IMG/VR virus record: IMGVR_UViG_3300044260_000033 | Span: 1 to 38,710 of that record | Strand: one strand, 5' to 3' | DNA length: 38,710 bases | Source of the DNA: a virus | Lineage: Duplodnaviria; Caudoviricetes | Shown here: positions 1-9,843 of the stretch, piece by piece | Position numbering within the stretch: position 1 is the stretch's first letter | How the letters are laid out: every line of letters starts with the position of its first letter | Notes under the pieces: model-generated | The model's database searches: none | Told to the model about the DNA's origin: nothing | The model's input: only the letters and a program-made list of their open reading frames with translations | Made by a program: the position numbers and the translations under genes

Positions 1-168
1 AACAGCGCGCCCGGCGACGTCGCCGCGGCCGGGACCGGGACCTCGTCGGCGCGCGACGACCACCGGCACGGCCGCGAGTCGTTCGGGCTGCTCGCCGACA
101 TCGTCGCGATCACGTCGACCGGAGCGGCCGGGACGAGCGCGAAGGTCCCGCACGCCGACCACGCGCAC
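1..168. repeat. Terminal direct repeat (copy 1); circularity overlap with 38543-38710
   Basis: 1-168 is identical to 38543-38710 except C41 versus T38583; the last 127 nt match exactly. Confidence 0.95.
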
Positions 169-201
169 GCGCTGTCGACGCTCGACGGAGGGAGCCCGTA
201 G
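1..201 (+). CDS. C-terminal part of the minor tail protein that begins at 37259 and wraps through the junction
   Basis: Frame 1 reads NSAPGDVAAAGTGTSSARDDHRHG...LDGGSP, then TAG at 199-201, directly before ATG 202; in frame with GTG 37259. Confidence 0.85.
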   Translation, partial: NSAPGDVAAAGTGTSSARDDHRHGRESFGLLADIVAITSTGAAGTSAKVPHADHAHALSTLDGGSP

Positions 202-2058
202 ATGCCTGCGCTGACGACGATCCAGGTCCGGCGCGGGACCGCGGCCGCGTGGACGGCGGCCAACCCGACGCTCGCCTCGGGCGAGTGGGGCAAGGAGACC
301 GACACCGGCAAGGTGAAGCTCGGCGACGGCTCGACGGCGTGGAACAGCCTCGGGTACTTCCTCGGCGCCGGCGGCGTCACGGGGTTCGCCACGCCGGCGG
401 TCGCGCTCGGGACCGCGGCCGCGGCCGGAGCGGCGACGACGGTCATCCGGTCCGACGCGACCATCGTGGCGTTCGACGCGACCGCTCCGACGACCGAGGC
501 CGTCGGCGGCGCGGCGGCGACCGGCTCGGCCGGCGTCGCGGCTCGGCGGGACCACGCGCACGCGATCACGAACCCGCTCACGACGCAGGACGATCTCTGG
601 GTCGGCGGCGCGTCCGGCGCTCCGGGCCGGCTCGGGAAGGGCGCCGACGGACAGGTGCTGACGGTCGATCCGTCGACGCACCATCTCGTCTGGGCGACGC
701 CGTCGAGCGGGTTCACGAACCCGATGACGACCAAGGGCGACCTGATCGCGGCGGCCGCCGGCGGGACCGCGACGCGGCTCCCGGTCGGGACCGACACCTA
801 CGTCCTGACGGCCGACTCGGCGCAGACGCTCGGGATGAAGTGGGCGGCCGGCGGTGGTGGCGGCGGCGGCGGCTCTGGCGGCGCGCTGGTCCTGCTGGAG
901 CAGCACACCGCCTCGGCGTCTGCGACGCTCGACTTCACGACGTTCCTGACCTCGTCATACGACGAGTACGTCTTCGAGTTCATCCAGGTGGTACCCGCGA
1001 CGACCAACGTCTCGTGGCAGTTCCTCATGGGAACCGGAGCCGGACCGACGTGGGACACGTCCTCCATCTACTCGACCGTCGGCTGGTACAGCGGCATCGG
1101 CGACACGCTGACCCCGCGGAACACCTCGGGGGCGGCCGCGTCGGTCATGGCGACGAACGTCTCGACGACCTCCAACCTGAGCATCAACGGGCATCTCCGG
1201 ATGTACGCTCCGGCCGCCTCCGCGTACAAGGCCTCGCTCTCCGAGATCAACGCGATGGCGGGCGGCAACTTCTATCACTGGGCGTTCGCTCACCTCTACT
1301 CCAGCACGACCGCCGTGACCGGGGTCCGGTTCCTGTTCTCGTCCGGGAACATCGCGTCTGGGATCGTCCGGGTCTACGGCGTCGCGAAGACCAACAGCGC
1401 GATCGCCGACGTCGTGAGCGTCGCGGCCGGCGCCGGGACGGTCGAGATCGACGGCCTGAAGGGCTCGCCTGACGCGGTCCCCGCGAGTCCGAGCGCGTAC
1501 GACGACGAGTTCAACACGCTCTCCGGCTGGACGACTCTCGGGGCGCTCGACACGCTGAACGCGACCGACGTCCCGTCCCACGTCCATCTCGCCAAGACAA
1601 CGAGCGGCATCCGCATCGACGGCATCTACAAGGCGTGCCCAAGCCTGCCGTTCACGGTGACGGCGCACCTGACCGACCAGCTCTGCTGGACCAACTACCA
1701 GCAGGCCGGTATCATGCTCGGCGAGGCGTCGCCCGGCAAGCTGCTCGTCTTCGGCGGCCGGTTCCACACGTCGTTCGGCGGGTTCGTCTGGGAATACTCG
1801 ACGTGGACTAACAACACGACGCACGTCGCGGACGCCGACACCTATCAGGGCGCTGTCTACAAGGGCGCGAGGTTCCTCCGGTTCGTCGTCCACTCATCGA
1901 CGAACGTCGACATCCTCGTCTCCGAGGGCGGCCGCTCGTGGGCTCCCCTCTACACCGCCGTCAACCCGGGCTTCACGATCGGCTCGGTCGGCCTCCACCT
2001 CTACGGGTACTCCGGCGCGACCGTCGAGTCGTTCGTGGACTGGATCAGGTTCAGCTGA
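202..2058 (+). CDS. Tail fibre / receptor-binding protein with Mtd_N-like N-terminus
   Basis: N-terminus [46 protein letters not shown] matches the Mtd/hyaluronidase-type anchor; two NPxTTxxDL...RL...VLTxD repeats; Gly linker; beta-rich, possibly lectin-like C-terminal domains; last gene of the tail module. Confidence 0.8.
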   Translation: MPALTTIQVRRGTAAAWTAANPTLASGEWGKETDTGKVKLGDGSTAWNSLGYFLGAGGVTGFATPAVALGTAAAAGAATTVIRSDATIVAFDATAPTTEAVGGAAATGSAGVAARRDHAHAITNPLTTQDDLWVGGASGAPGRLGKGADGQVLTVDPSTHHLVWATPSSGFTNPMTTKGDLIAAAAGGTATRLPVGTDTYVLTADSAQTLGMKWAAGGGGGGGGSGGALVLLEQHTASASATLDFTTFLTSSYDEYVFEFIQVVPATTNVSWQFLMGTGAGPTWDTSSIYSTVGWYSGIGDTLTPRNTSGAAASVMATNVSTTSNLSINGHLRMYAPAASAYKASLSEINAMAGGNFYHWAFAHLYSSTTAVTGVRFLFSSGNIASGIVRVYGVAKTNSAIADVVSVAAGAGTVEIDGLKGSPDAVPASPSAYDDEFNTLSGWTTLGALDTLNATDVPSHVHLAKTTSGIRIDGIYKACPSLPFTVTAHLTDQLCWTNYQQAGIMLGEASPGKLLVFGGRFHTSFGGFVWEYSTWTNNTTHVADADTYQGAVYKGARFLRFVVHSSTNVDILVSEGGRSWAPLYTAVNPGFTIGSVGLHLYGYSGATVESFVDWIRFS

Positions 2059-2062
2059 TCCG

Positions 2063-2115
2063 CGCAAGATAGGGTCTGGACAACGGCGCGCGGAACACCT
2101 ATGGTTGTCGTGGTC
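2063..2115 (+). promoter_or_regulatory. Early promoter P1 (TGGACA-N17-TATGGT)
   Basis: -35-like TGGACA 2077-2082 and -10-like TATGGT 2100-2105; 21-nt block identical to 15296-15316. Confidence 0.7.
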
Positions 2116-2155
2116 GGAGCAGTCAACCGGCCGGGACCAGTCGAGGAGACGAGAC

Positions 2156-3292
2156 GTGAACGCAATCCAGCAGGCCATCGCCGCGAGCGGACGGAGCAGC
2201 TACTGCAGTAAGTGCGGGAGCCTCAAGCCGGTCGGCGAGTTCTACATCCGCCCCGACGGCCGCGTCTCGGCGATGTGCAAGGCGTGCAAGGCGCAGTACC
2301 GAGCGACCAAGCGCGGCTCGACCCCGCGAGCCCCGCGAGCGACGACGGCCAAGGTCGCGAGCCGCTCCGCGGTCCAGGCGGCGCAGGCCGCGGCCGCGCA
2401 GGTCTCGACGGCTCCGACGCCGGTCGCGCGAGCGATCGCCAAGGTCAACTCCGACTACAAGCCGGCGCCGGACCTCATCGCCACCTGGGCCGCGGTCCAG
2501 CTGATCGCCGCCGACGGCGAGCCGTCCCCCAACATGCTGTTCGTCGGACCCTCCGGCTCCGGCAAGACCGAGGCGGCCCGGTATCTCGCGGCGCTCTCCG
2601 GTCTCGACTTCGTCAAGGTCGACGCTCCGTCGATGACCGACCCCGAGGCGTGGTTCGGCACGCGCGAGGTCGTCGTCGAGAACGGCTCGCCGCGGACCGA
2701 GTACCACCCGTCGGCGTTCGTCGACGCGCTCACCCGCCCCTGCGTCCTGCTCATCGACGAGGTCAACCGAGTCTCGGACGCGGTCCGGAACATCCTCCTC
2801 GCACTGCTCGACGCGACCCGGCAGGTCACCAACCCGATCACCGGCCAGACGGTCGTCCGGCACCCGGCGTCGTTCATCCTGATGACCGGCAACGTCGGCC
2901 TCGCGTTCACCGGGACCTACGCGATCGACCCCGCGTTCTTCACCCGCGCGCTCACGACGGTGTTCGACTACCTCCCGGCCGGCGACGAGAACCGGCTGGC
3001 GGTCGACCGGACCGGCGTCTCGGCCGAGTCGGCCGGCCTGTTCGTCCGGTTCGCGAACGACACGCGCGCCCGCCACAAGACGGACCCCGACTTCCCGCCC
3101 ATCTCGACTCGCGAGGTTCTCGAGGCCTGCCGGCTCGTCGCCCGCGGTCTCGACGTCGACATCGCCGCGCACCAGGTCATCATCAACGCGGCGTCCGAGG
3201 ACGGCGGCGCGCAGTCCGTCAAGGCCGACCTGGAGCGCATCTGGCTCGGCATCCGGCCGGCGGTCTCGTTCGTCGGAGCGCCCCGCGCCTGA
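2156..3292 (+). CDS. MoxR/CobS-like AAA+ ATPase with N-terminal Cys4 zinc finger
   Basis: Walker A GPSGSGKT, Walker B LLIDEVNR, TGN sensor, ISTRE sensor 2; N-terminal CSKC...EFY...CKAC; start GTG 2156 after AGGAGACGAG. Confidence 0.85.
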   Translation: MNAIQQAIAASGRSSYCSKCGSLKPVGEFYIRPDGRVSAMCKACKAQYRATKRGSTPRAPRATTAKVASRSAVQAAQAAAAQVSTAPTPVARAIAKVNSDYKPAPDLIATWAAVQLIAADGEPSPNMLFVGPSGSGKTEAARYLAALSGLDFVKVDAPSMTDPEAWFGTREVVVENGSPRTEYHPSAFVDALTRPCVLLIDEVNRVSDAVRNILLALLDATRQVTNPITGQTVVRHPASFILMTGNVGLAFTGTYAIDPAFFTRALTTVFDYLPAGDENRLAVDRTGVSAESAGLFVRFANDTRARHKTDPDFPPISTREVLEACRLVARGLDVDIAAHQVIINAASEDGGAQSVKADLERIWLGIRPAVSFVGAPRA

Positions 3293-3307
3293 TCAGCGAT
3301 CCGCGCT

Positions 3308-3342
3308 CGGCCGGCTCCGGAGACGGGGCCGGCCGTTCTGCG
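3308..3342 (+). terminator. Probable intrinsic terminator
   Basis: 12-bp stem CGGCCGGCTCCG/CGGGGCCGGCCG (one G-U) with GAGA tetraloop, followed by TTCTG. Confidence 0.65.
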
Positions 3343-3355
3343 TCCGCGCTGAAGT

Positions 3356-3400
3356 TAGGTCTGGACATCCGGCGCGGCGCAGGTACGATTGGCGTAGTCA
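3356..3400 (+). promoter_or_regulatory. Early promoter P2 (TGGACA-N16-TACGAT)
   Basis: GGTCTGGACA...TACGATTGGCGTAGTC, same layout as P1 and P3. Confidence 0.7.
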
Positions 3401-3419
3401 AGTCACGAGGAGACGAGAG

Positions 3420-5375
3420 ATGGCCAAGCGCAACTGGTGGAACGAGACCTCCGCAGCCGACGACGGCGCGCTCGACGACGACGACGCGTACATCGTCGAC
3501 GAGGACGAGACGGTCGACACCGGCTGGCTCGACGACTTCCGGTTCGACGACTACCGGCTCTCCGGCGCCTCCGCCTCGATCGGCGGGTTCTGGGGGGCCT
3601 ACGGCTCGGCCGACCGGACCGACACGGCCAAGCGCATCGCGGCCGCGCAGCGAGTCGTTCAGGGGTTCGTCAACACGTTCGCGACCGGCGACCTCCCGTA
3701 CCGCGTCACGTTCGACGAGAGCGTCGCGACCGCCGGGACCGACTTCGCGAGCCGGTCGGTCGTCATCTCCCACCGCCCGCTGTTCGACCCCTCGCTGACC
3801 GACGACGAGGCGAACACGATCCTGACGGCGATGGCCTGCCACGAGGCCGACCACGTCCGGTACGGCCGGCACACCGCAGCCGCGGTCGACGCGGCGTTCG
3901 CCGGCGACCGGAACCTCCGAGCCGCTCAGCGCATCAGCAACATCCTCGACGACTCGCGCATCGAGCGCCGGCACGTCGAGGACTACCCCGGCTATGACGG
4001 CATCTACACGCCGGCCATCGACTACGTCGCCCGGACGATGAACCACGGCGCGGTCCCGGCCGCGTCCGCGCTCTCGCCGATCGACGTCATCTGCGGCGCG
4101 GTCCGGTACACGAACCACGTCGACTGGACCGGCTCCGAGACCGAGCGCGACTTCTGGCTCGACTGGGCGGCTCGCGGCTCCGCGGACGACTCGGCCGAGA
4201 CGCACGTCGCGGCGGTCCGCGAGGCCGTCGAGCGGCTCGCCAGCCAGCCGGAGCCGGAGCCGGAGCCGCAGGACGGCCAGGGCAACGGCGAGGGCGGCTC
4301 GCAGAGCGGCGCCGGCGAGAGCGGCTCCGGCCAGCCGAGCGGCTCCGAGAGCGGCGAGAGCGGCTCCGAGAGCGCCGAGAGCGACGAGACCGAGAGCGGC
4401 TCCGAGCCGACGAACGGGACCGGGACCGGCGGGACGGTCGACGACACCTCGACGCTCCCGACCTGCTACGCGGACGCGATCGACGACGCGGCGCGCGAGA
4501 ACGGCGAGACGTCCGGTCTGGAGACCGACGAGGCCCAGGAGCTGATCGAGCAGGCCAAGGCGCTGGTCGACCTCCCGGACGGCAACCACGGCGAGGTCTA
4601 CTGGAGCGCCGACGGCGTCGTCGACACGCGCGACGACGTCGAGGCGAACGGCGCGGCGGCAGCGGCGGTCCGGTCGGCGTTCTCGCGGTCCCGGACCGGC
4701 CACTTCGACGTCGAGCGCGGCCACAAGTCCGGCCGGCTCGACAACCGCTCGCTCGTCCGCGTCGCGTCGAACGACTACCGGCTGTTCAACCGCCGGACGG
4801 CCCCGTCCGAGGGCCGGTACCTCGTCTGGCTGCTGGTCGACTGCTCCGGCTCGATGAACGGCCGGCCGATCGAGCAGGCCACGCAGGTCGCCTCGGCGGT
4901 CGCGCAGGCGAGCCGCGGCCTCCCGCAGCTCCGGCTCGACATCTGGGGCTGGAGCACCGGCTTCCGGCTCGGCGGTCGGTTCGGCGCCACGCGCGTCTGG
5001 ACGACCGGCGCCCCGATCAGCAACGTCGGCTTCCTCCCGAACGTCCCCGGCTCCGGCACCCCGGACGCCGAGGTTCTCCAGTGGGCGACCAAGGCGATCA
5101 AGGCAGCGGCCCGCCGGGACGAGACGCCGGTCATCATCATCGCGAGCGACGGCCAGGGCACCCTCAAGTACGCCATCGAGAACGGCGAGGACCACATCGC
5201 AGCGGCTCGCAAGGCCGGCGTCGAGGTCGTCTCGGTCGCTCTCGGCTCCGGCATCCACCGGGACGCGCAGGAGCGGATGTACGGCCCCAAGGGCTACATC
5301 CCGTGGGCCGGGAGCATCGCGGCGACGGCCGGACCGCTCGGCAAGCTGATCGGCCGCATCGCGTCGGGCCGGTAG
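3420..5375 (+). CDS. CobT-like protein: HExxH metallopeptidase-like domain, acidic linker, vWA domain
   Basis: CHEADH and NILDDSRIE; E/S/G-rich linker; GRLDNRSL; MIDAS DCSGSM, GTP, SDG; adjacent to the AAA+ gene. Confidence 0.8.
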   Translation: MAKRNWWNETSAADDGALDDDDAYIVDEDETVDTGWLDDFRFDDYRLSGASASIGGFWGAYGSADRTDTAKRIAAAQRVVQGFVNTFATGDLPYRVTFDESVATAGTDFASRSVVISHRPLFDPSLTDDEANTILTAMACHEADHVRYGRHTAAAVDAAFAGDRNLRAAQRISNILDDSRIERRHVEDYPGYDGIYTPAIDYVARTMNHGAVPAASALSPIDVICGAVRYTNHVDWTGSETERDFWLDWAARGSADDSAETHVAAVREAVERLASQPEPEPEPQDGQGNGEGGSQSGAGESGSGQPSGSESGESGSESAESDETESGSEPTNGTGTGGTVDDTSTLPTCYADAIDDAARENGETSGLETDEAQELIEQAKALVDLPDGNHGEVYWSADGVVDTRDDVEANGAAAAAVRSAFSRSRTGHFDVERGHKSGRLDNRSLVRVASNDYRLFNRRTAPSEGRYLVWLLVDCSGSMNGRPIEQATQVASAVAQASRGLPQLRLDIWGWSTGFRLGGRFGATRVWTTGAPISNVGFLPNVPGSGTPDAEVLQWATKAIKAAARRDETPVIIIASDGQGTLKYAIENGEDHIAAARKAGVEVVSVALGSGIHRDAQERMYGPKGYIPWAGSIAATAGPLGKLIGRIASGR

Positions 5376-5381
5376 GCTCCG

Positions 5382-5912
5382 ATGGAGACCACCGACCGCG
5401 TCCGGAGGGAGCGGGCCGCGAGGCTCGCCCTCCGGGTCGCGACGATCCGTCCGATGCTCGACTGGGACGACACGGCGGTCCTCGACCGGCTCTGCCGGTC
5501 CGGTCCGTCGCTCTCGTCCGTGACGCTCGCCGCGGACATCTACGGCGACCACCGCATCGGCTGGCTGACAACCGAGCTGTCACTGGACCGGCTCAACGTT
5601 CTCGGTCTCGTGACCTACCGGCTCGGCCAGCACGACGTGTACGTCGAGGTCCGCGCGACGCGGCTCGGCTACGCGGTCGCCGACGTCGAGTGGCGGCTAC
5701 CGCACGAGGTCGGCCGGTCCCGGCTCCGGGACTTCCCGGTCGGCGGGGACATGACCGAGTACCGCCGGCACGGCCTGTCGGCGGTCGGGATGAGCGACGT
5801 CGAGAGGATGCCGCTGGAGCAGCACTGCGAGGTGTACTACGACCACGCGAGCATTCACCTGGAGGCGCTGGAGGAGTGGTGGGCACGAGCAGACGGGAGC
5901 AAGCGACGATGA
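5382..5912 (+). CDS. Hypothetical protein (possible winged helix)
   Basis: Fills the gap with genome-typical codon usage; ATGA overlap with the next gene. Confidence 0.55.
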   Translation: METTDRVRRERAARLALRVATIRPMLDWDDTAVLDRLCRSGPSLSSVTLAADIYGDHRIGWLTTELSLDRLNVLGLVTYRLGQHDVYVEVRATRLGYAVADVEWRLPHEVGRSRLRDFPVGGDMTEYRRHGLSAVGMSDVERMPLEQHCEVYYDHASIHLEALEEWWARADGSKRR

Positions 5913-6091
5913 ACGTAGCTGAGGCGGCCGCGGCGCTCGGCGTCAAGCGGTCGGCGGTCCGCAAGGCCATCGCGCGCGGGACGCTACGCGCCACGAAGAC
6001 CGGCTGGTCGTTCGGAGCGGCGTACGTCATCGAGGCTCGGGACGTCGAGGCGTACCGGGCGCGAGAGGGCCGGAAGGGCAAGGTCCGATGA
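5909..6091 (+). CDS. Excisionase-like helix-turn-helix protein
   Basis: MNVAEAAAALGVKRSAVRKAIARGTLRATKTG...YVIEARDVEAY, typical HTH_17/MerR-like pattern. Confidence 0.8.
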   Translation: MNVAEAAAALGVKRSAVRKAIARGTLRATKTGWSFGAAYVIEARDVEAYRAREGRKGKVR

Positions 6092-7050
6092 TCACCGGCA
6101 TCAGGCAGCGGACGCCGGAGTGGCTCGCCGCTCGGCGGGAGGGCGTGACCGGGACCGACATCCCGGCGATCCTCGGCCTCTCACCGTACCGATCCGAGGG
6201 CGACGTCGCGAGGGAGAAGCTCGGCGAGACCGTCGAGCACGACGCCCGGACGCAGCGCCGGCTCCGGATCGGGACCGCGCTGGAGGACGTCATCCGGGCG
6301 GAGGACGAGGTAGAGCACGGCCACCGGCTCCGGCGCGTGAACCGGCTGATCCGGTCGCGCGACATCCCGTGGGCGATGGCATCGCTCGACTTCGAACGCC
6401 GGGACGGGACCATCGTCGAGGCCAAGTCGAGCCGGGACCGCCGGTGGGACCACGGCCTGCCGCCGGACGTCGAGGCGCAGGTGCAGTGGCAGATGGGGGT
6501 CTCCGGCCGGGAGCACGCGCACGTCGCCGCTCTCCGGTACGGCTCGGACCTCGAGTGCTACGACCTCGACGCCAAGCCCGACGACTTCGCCGGGATGATC
6601 ATCGTCGCCGCGGACTTCCGCCGGCGACTCGCAGAGGGAGGGCCGTTCTCGGAGACGCGCGAGAGCATCAGCCGGGCGTGGCCGGCCGACAACGGGATCG
6701 AGATGATCGCCGACGAGACGCTGGAGGCTCTCGTCGCCGAGTACCTCGCCGCCAAGGCGGCAGCCAAGAGCGCGGACGAGGCCGAGGAGGCCGCGGCGCT
6801 CGCGATCAAGAGCCGGATGGGGCCAGCTGCCAAGCTGACCGGCGCCGGCTGGCACGCGACCTGGAAGCAGAACCGGCCGTCCCGGACGACCGACTGGGAT
6901 CTCGTCGCGTCGGCGTATCGTCGGCTGATCGAGGAGCTGGTCAACGAGGCCGAGGCTCTCGCGCAGGTCGACGCGATCGAGAGCCTCTACACGCGAGAGG
7001 TGCCGGGCAAGCGACCGCTGGTCGTCCGGCGTGACAAGGAGACGAGATGA
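6088..7050 (+). CDS. YqaJ/lambda-exonuclease-like recombination nuclease
   Basis: EWLAARREGVTGTDIPAILGLSPY, ASLD, VEAK, QVQWQM motifs. Confidence 0.88.
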   Translation: MITGIRQRTPEWLAARREGVTGTDIPAILGLSPYRSEGDVAREKLGETVEHDARTQRRLRIGTALEDVIRAEDEVEHGHRLRRVNRLIRSRDIPWAMASLDFERRDGTIVEAKSSRDRRWDHGLPPDVEAQVQWQMGVSGREHAHVAALRYGSDLECYDLDAKPDDFAGMIIVAADFRRRLAEGGPFSETRESISRAWPADNGIEMIADETLEALVAEYLAAKAAAKSADEAEEAAALAIKSRMGPAAKLTGAGWHATWKQNRPSRTTDWDLVASAYRRLIEELVNEAEALAQVDAIESLYTREVPGKRPLVVRRDKETR

Positions 7051-8213
7051 CAGAGGACAAGGCACTGGTCCCGGCGCGCGAGTGGGAGGAGGTCTCCCCG
7101 GCGGAGATCATCGAGTCGGTCGTCATCGGAGGCGACCTGTCGAAGCTGACCCCGCCGCAGCGCGTCGCGTACTACGCGCGGGTCTGCTCCGAGCTGGGGC
7201 TGAACCCGTACACCCAGCCGTTCGCGTATCTCTGGCTGGGACGCGGCGACGACCGGAAGCTGGTGCTGTACGCGAAGCGCGACGCGACGGACCAGATCAG
7301 GCGGAACCTCGGCGTCAACATCACCGCGCTCGACTACCCCTCGATGCCGGAGGGCCTGTTCGGCGTCACGGCGCACGCGCAGTACGGGAGCCGGACCGAC
7401 ACCGCGACCGGCATCGTGTCGGTGATGACCTACGATGGCCGGAACCGTCTGACCGGCGAGCTGCTCGCCAACGCGATGATGAAGGCCGAGACCAAGGCCA
7501 AGCGGCGCGTCACGCTCTCCATCGCCGGGCTCGGACTGCTCGACGAGACGGAGATCGCGAGCATCCCCGACGGCGAGCCGGCCGGCGTCGACGACTCGGG
7601 CAACATCGAGACCCCGCCGGCGACGGTCTCGGACGTGATCGCGGCTCGCGTCGCGGCGATCCAGTCGCCGGTCGTCGAGCCTGTCGAGGCGGTCGCGTCG
7701 ACGGTCGACGGCTCGGGACCGCTGTTCACGGTCGGTGGCGTCCCGCTACCGCGAGAAGCGGAGCCTGAAGGACTGACGAAGGCCACAGATAATCCGGATG
7801 ACGGGTCCCAAGACGTGGAGCCGGAGCCGGAGCCGGACGAGCCGGAGCCAACGATGACCCTCGAGGCGTTCGTCGCGTTCGTCGCGAGGGGGTACGACCG
7901 CGACGCGGTCCGGTCGACCGCCCGCGAGCTGTACCCCGAGGCGTCCGGGTTCCGGCAGCTCTCAGAGGCCCAGCTGGCCGTCCTCGCCGAGGCGGTCGCG
8001 ATCAAGTACCCGCTCCCGGCTCCGGCGACGGCCGAGCCGCCGGAGGAGTCGGAGGAGGAGCTGCTCGCCACGGTCATGTCGGCCGAGGCGTCCGAGGCGC
8101 TCCCCGCCACCTGCAACTCGCGGTCGCCGTTCTCTGACGCGACCTGCGTCAAGCCGATCGAGCACGCCGGCGTCCACACGGCGTCGCTCGCCAACGCCAC
8201 CGAGACGTGGTGA
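7047..8213 (+). CDS. Single-strand annealing protein (RecT/Bet- or Rad52/ERF-like)
   Basis: Directly after the exonuclease; VCSELGLNPYTQPF, LYAKRDATDQ, NAMMKAETKAKRRVTLSIAGLG; acidic Pro-rich tail. Confidence 0.7.
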   Translation: MTEDKALVPAREWEEVSPAEIIESVVIGGDLSKLTPPQRVAYYARVCSELGLNPYTQPFAYLWLGRGDDRKLVLYAKRDATDQIRRNLGVNITALDYPSMPEGLFGVTAHAQYGSRTDTATGIVSVMTYDGRNRLTGELLANAMMKAETKAKRRVTLSIAGLGLLDETEIASIPDGEPAGVDDSGNIETPPATVSDVIAARVAAIQSPVVEPVEAVASTVDGSGPLFTVGGVPLPREAEPEGLTKATDNPDDGSQDVEPEPEPDEPEPTMTLEAFVAFVARGYDRDAVRSTARELYPEASGFRQLSEAQLAVLAEAVAIKYPLPAPATAEPPEESEEELLATVMSAEASEALPATCNSRSPFSDATCVKPIEHAGVHTASLANATETW

Positions 8214-8224
8214 GGAGAGACGAG

Positions 8225-8560
8225 ATGAGCAAGCCCCTGTTCAACGCGGTCATCCGGATCAAGCACACCGGCAACGGCGTCGCCGCGACGGCGCCGGAGG
8301 TTCTCGGCCGGGACGGTCAGTGGCACGAGCTGGCCGCGTCGTCGATCAGCGAGCGGACCGGGACGCACGGGACGACCGTGACGCTCCGGATGCCGGGACG
8401 CATCGAGTGGGTCGACATCGGTCCGGCGACCGAGACCCACCTGGTGTGCGACATGTGCGAACACGTCGAGCCGACGCTGGACCTCGCCGGGCAGGACTGC
8501 CCGACCTGCGGCGCCGGGACGATGGTGGAGGAGCCGGTCGCGCCGGCTCCGGTCCCGTGA
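8225..8560 (+). CDS. Hypothetical protein with C-terminal zinc ribbon
   Basis: ATG after AGGAGAGACGAG; CDMC...CPTC. Confidence 0.65.
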   Translation: MSKPLFNAVIRIKHTGNGVAATAPEVLGRDGQWHELAASSISERTGTHGTTVTLRMPGRIEWVDIGPATETHLVCDMCEHVEPTLDLAGQDCPTCGAGTMVEEPVAPAPVP

Positions 8561-8811
8561 ACGGCGACGGCGCGGACCTCCGGGACTTCGCCGTCCAGAT
8601 GCGCGCTGTCGTCGACCAGTTCTCGGTCGGCGCGCAGCGCGCGTCGGACGCGCTGACCGAGTGGGCTCGGCTCTACGCGAGCAACGCGCTGATCGGCTCC
8701 CTCCCGGACGTCCTCCCGACCGTCGACTACCCCGACGAGCGCGGCTGCCGGCTCTGCGGAGCCACCATCGAGTTGGGATGCTGCACGCGGTGCGGCGTCC
8801 CGGAGGAGTGA
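8557..8811 (+). CDS. Hypothetical protein with C-terminal Cys cluster
   Basis: GTGA overlap start; CRLC...CCTRC. Confidence 0.5.
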   Translation: MNGDGADLRDFAVQMRAVVDQFSVGAQRASDALTEWARLYASNALIGSLPDVLPTVDYPDERGCRLCGATIELGCCTRCGVPEE

Positions 8812-8812
8812 G

Positions 8813-9547
8813 ATGACCACCGACACGACGATGCCTGACGGCCACTGGACCTTCGACGCGAGCGTCACGGACGCGTTCGACGATATGCTGGAGCGGTCCA
8901 TCCCGGCGTACAACGTGATGCGCGACCTGACGACGTCGCTCGCGGTCGCGCACCTGCAGCCGGGGACCGCGCTCGTCGACCTCGGCTGCTCCCGAGGCCA
9001 GGCGATCGGCCACGTGCTCGACCGGCTCGACCACGACACCCCCAACTGGCGCCGAGCCGCGGTCGACGGGACGCGGTTCGTCGGCGTGGACGTCTCGGTC
9101 CCGATGCTCAACGCGGCCCGCCAGCGGTTCGCCGGCAACCGGCTCGTCGACATCCGGCCGTGCGACCTCCGGACGTCGTACCCGGACGAGATGGCGTCGG
9201 TCACGCTCGCGGTCCTGACCGTCCAGTTCACGCCGATCGAGCACCGGCTACGTATTCTCCAGAACGCGTACAACCACACCGTGCCGGGCGGCGCGCTCCT
9301 GATCGTCGAGAAGCTGCTTGGCGAGTCGGCCGAGCTGCACGACGTGTACGACCGCGAGTACCTCCGGATGAAGGCCGCGCACGGCTACACGCAGGAGGCC
9401 ATCGTCCGCAAGAAGGCGTCGCTAGAGGGCGTGCTCGTCTCGACGTCGGCGCGGTACCTCCAGCACATGCTAGAGGGTGTCGGGTTCCGGTACGTCGACG
9501 CGTACTACCGCTGGCTGAACTTCGGCGGCTGGGTGGCGGTCCGATGA
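8813..9547 (+). CDS. cmoA: CmoA-like carboxy-S-adenosylmethionine synthase (class I SAM-dependent fold)
   Basis: WTFDASVTDAFDDMLERSIPAY, LVDLGCSRG, GVDVSVPML, LTVQF, PGGALLIVEK, GYTQEAIVRKKASLEGVL and RWLNFGGWVAVR all follow the CmoA pattern. Confidence 0.8.
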   Translation: MTTDTTMPDGHWTFDASVTDAFDDMLERSIPAYNVMRDLTTSLAVAHLQPGTALVDLGCSRGQAIGHVLDRLDHDTPNWRRAAVDGTRFVGVDVSVPMLNAARQRFAGNRLVDIRPCDLRTSYPDEMASVTLAVLTVQFTPIEHRLRILQNAYNHTVPGGALLIVEKLLGESAELHDVYDREYLRMKAAHGYTQEAIVRKKASLEGVLVSTSARYLQHMLEGVGFRYVDAYYRWLNFGGWVAVR

Positions 9548-9843
9548 CGCCGGACGACCAGATGAGCCTCGCGCTGTTCAAGTTCTGCCACGAGGCTATG
9601 CACGGCCATCTCGCTCGGCTCGTCGAGTCGGGCTCCGGTCCATCGTCCCTCGAGGCCGACCTGCTCGGACCGCTCGCTATGGAGATGTTCTACGGCGGTC
9701 TGAGTCTCGCGCTCCGGTACCCGGCCGAGGCCGCGCTGTACCGCGAGCAGATGCGCGGGATCGCTCCCGGCCGCGAGGCCGTCGAGCGGACCGAGACCGA
9801 GGACATCGACGCGCTCGCTGCGGCGACGAGGAGGCCGGCGTGA
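9544..9843 (+). CDS. Hypothetical protein
   Basis: ATGA overlap with cmoA; MTPDDQMSLALFKF... Confidence 0.55.
   Translation: MTPDDQMSLALFKFCHEAMHGHLARLVESGSGPSSLEADLLGPLAMEMFYGGLSLALRYPAEAALYREQMRGIAPGREAVERTETEDIDALAAATRRPA

Noticed and set aside
1915-1923. Other CTCGTCTCC copies (1915 and 27289) as regulators
   Set aside because: They are in-frame Leu-Val-Ser codons inside structural genes with no evident hairpin context
202-2058. Diversity-generating retroelement, suggested by the Mtd_N-like fibre
   Set aside because: No reverse transcriptase gene, and no TR/VR repeat pair differing at adenines was seen; Mtd_N is only an anchor domain
4245-4440. GAGAGCGGC and GAGCCG short repeats (also about 7820 and 11440)
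   Set aside because: They encode low-complexity E/S/G or EP linkers; no sign of a DNA-level function
2156-5375. Cobalamin biosynthesis auxiliary metabolic genes (cobS/cobT)
   Set aside because: No cobN or other cob genes; better described as a generic MoxR-type AAA+/vWA pair
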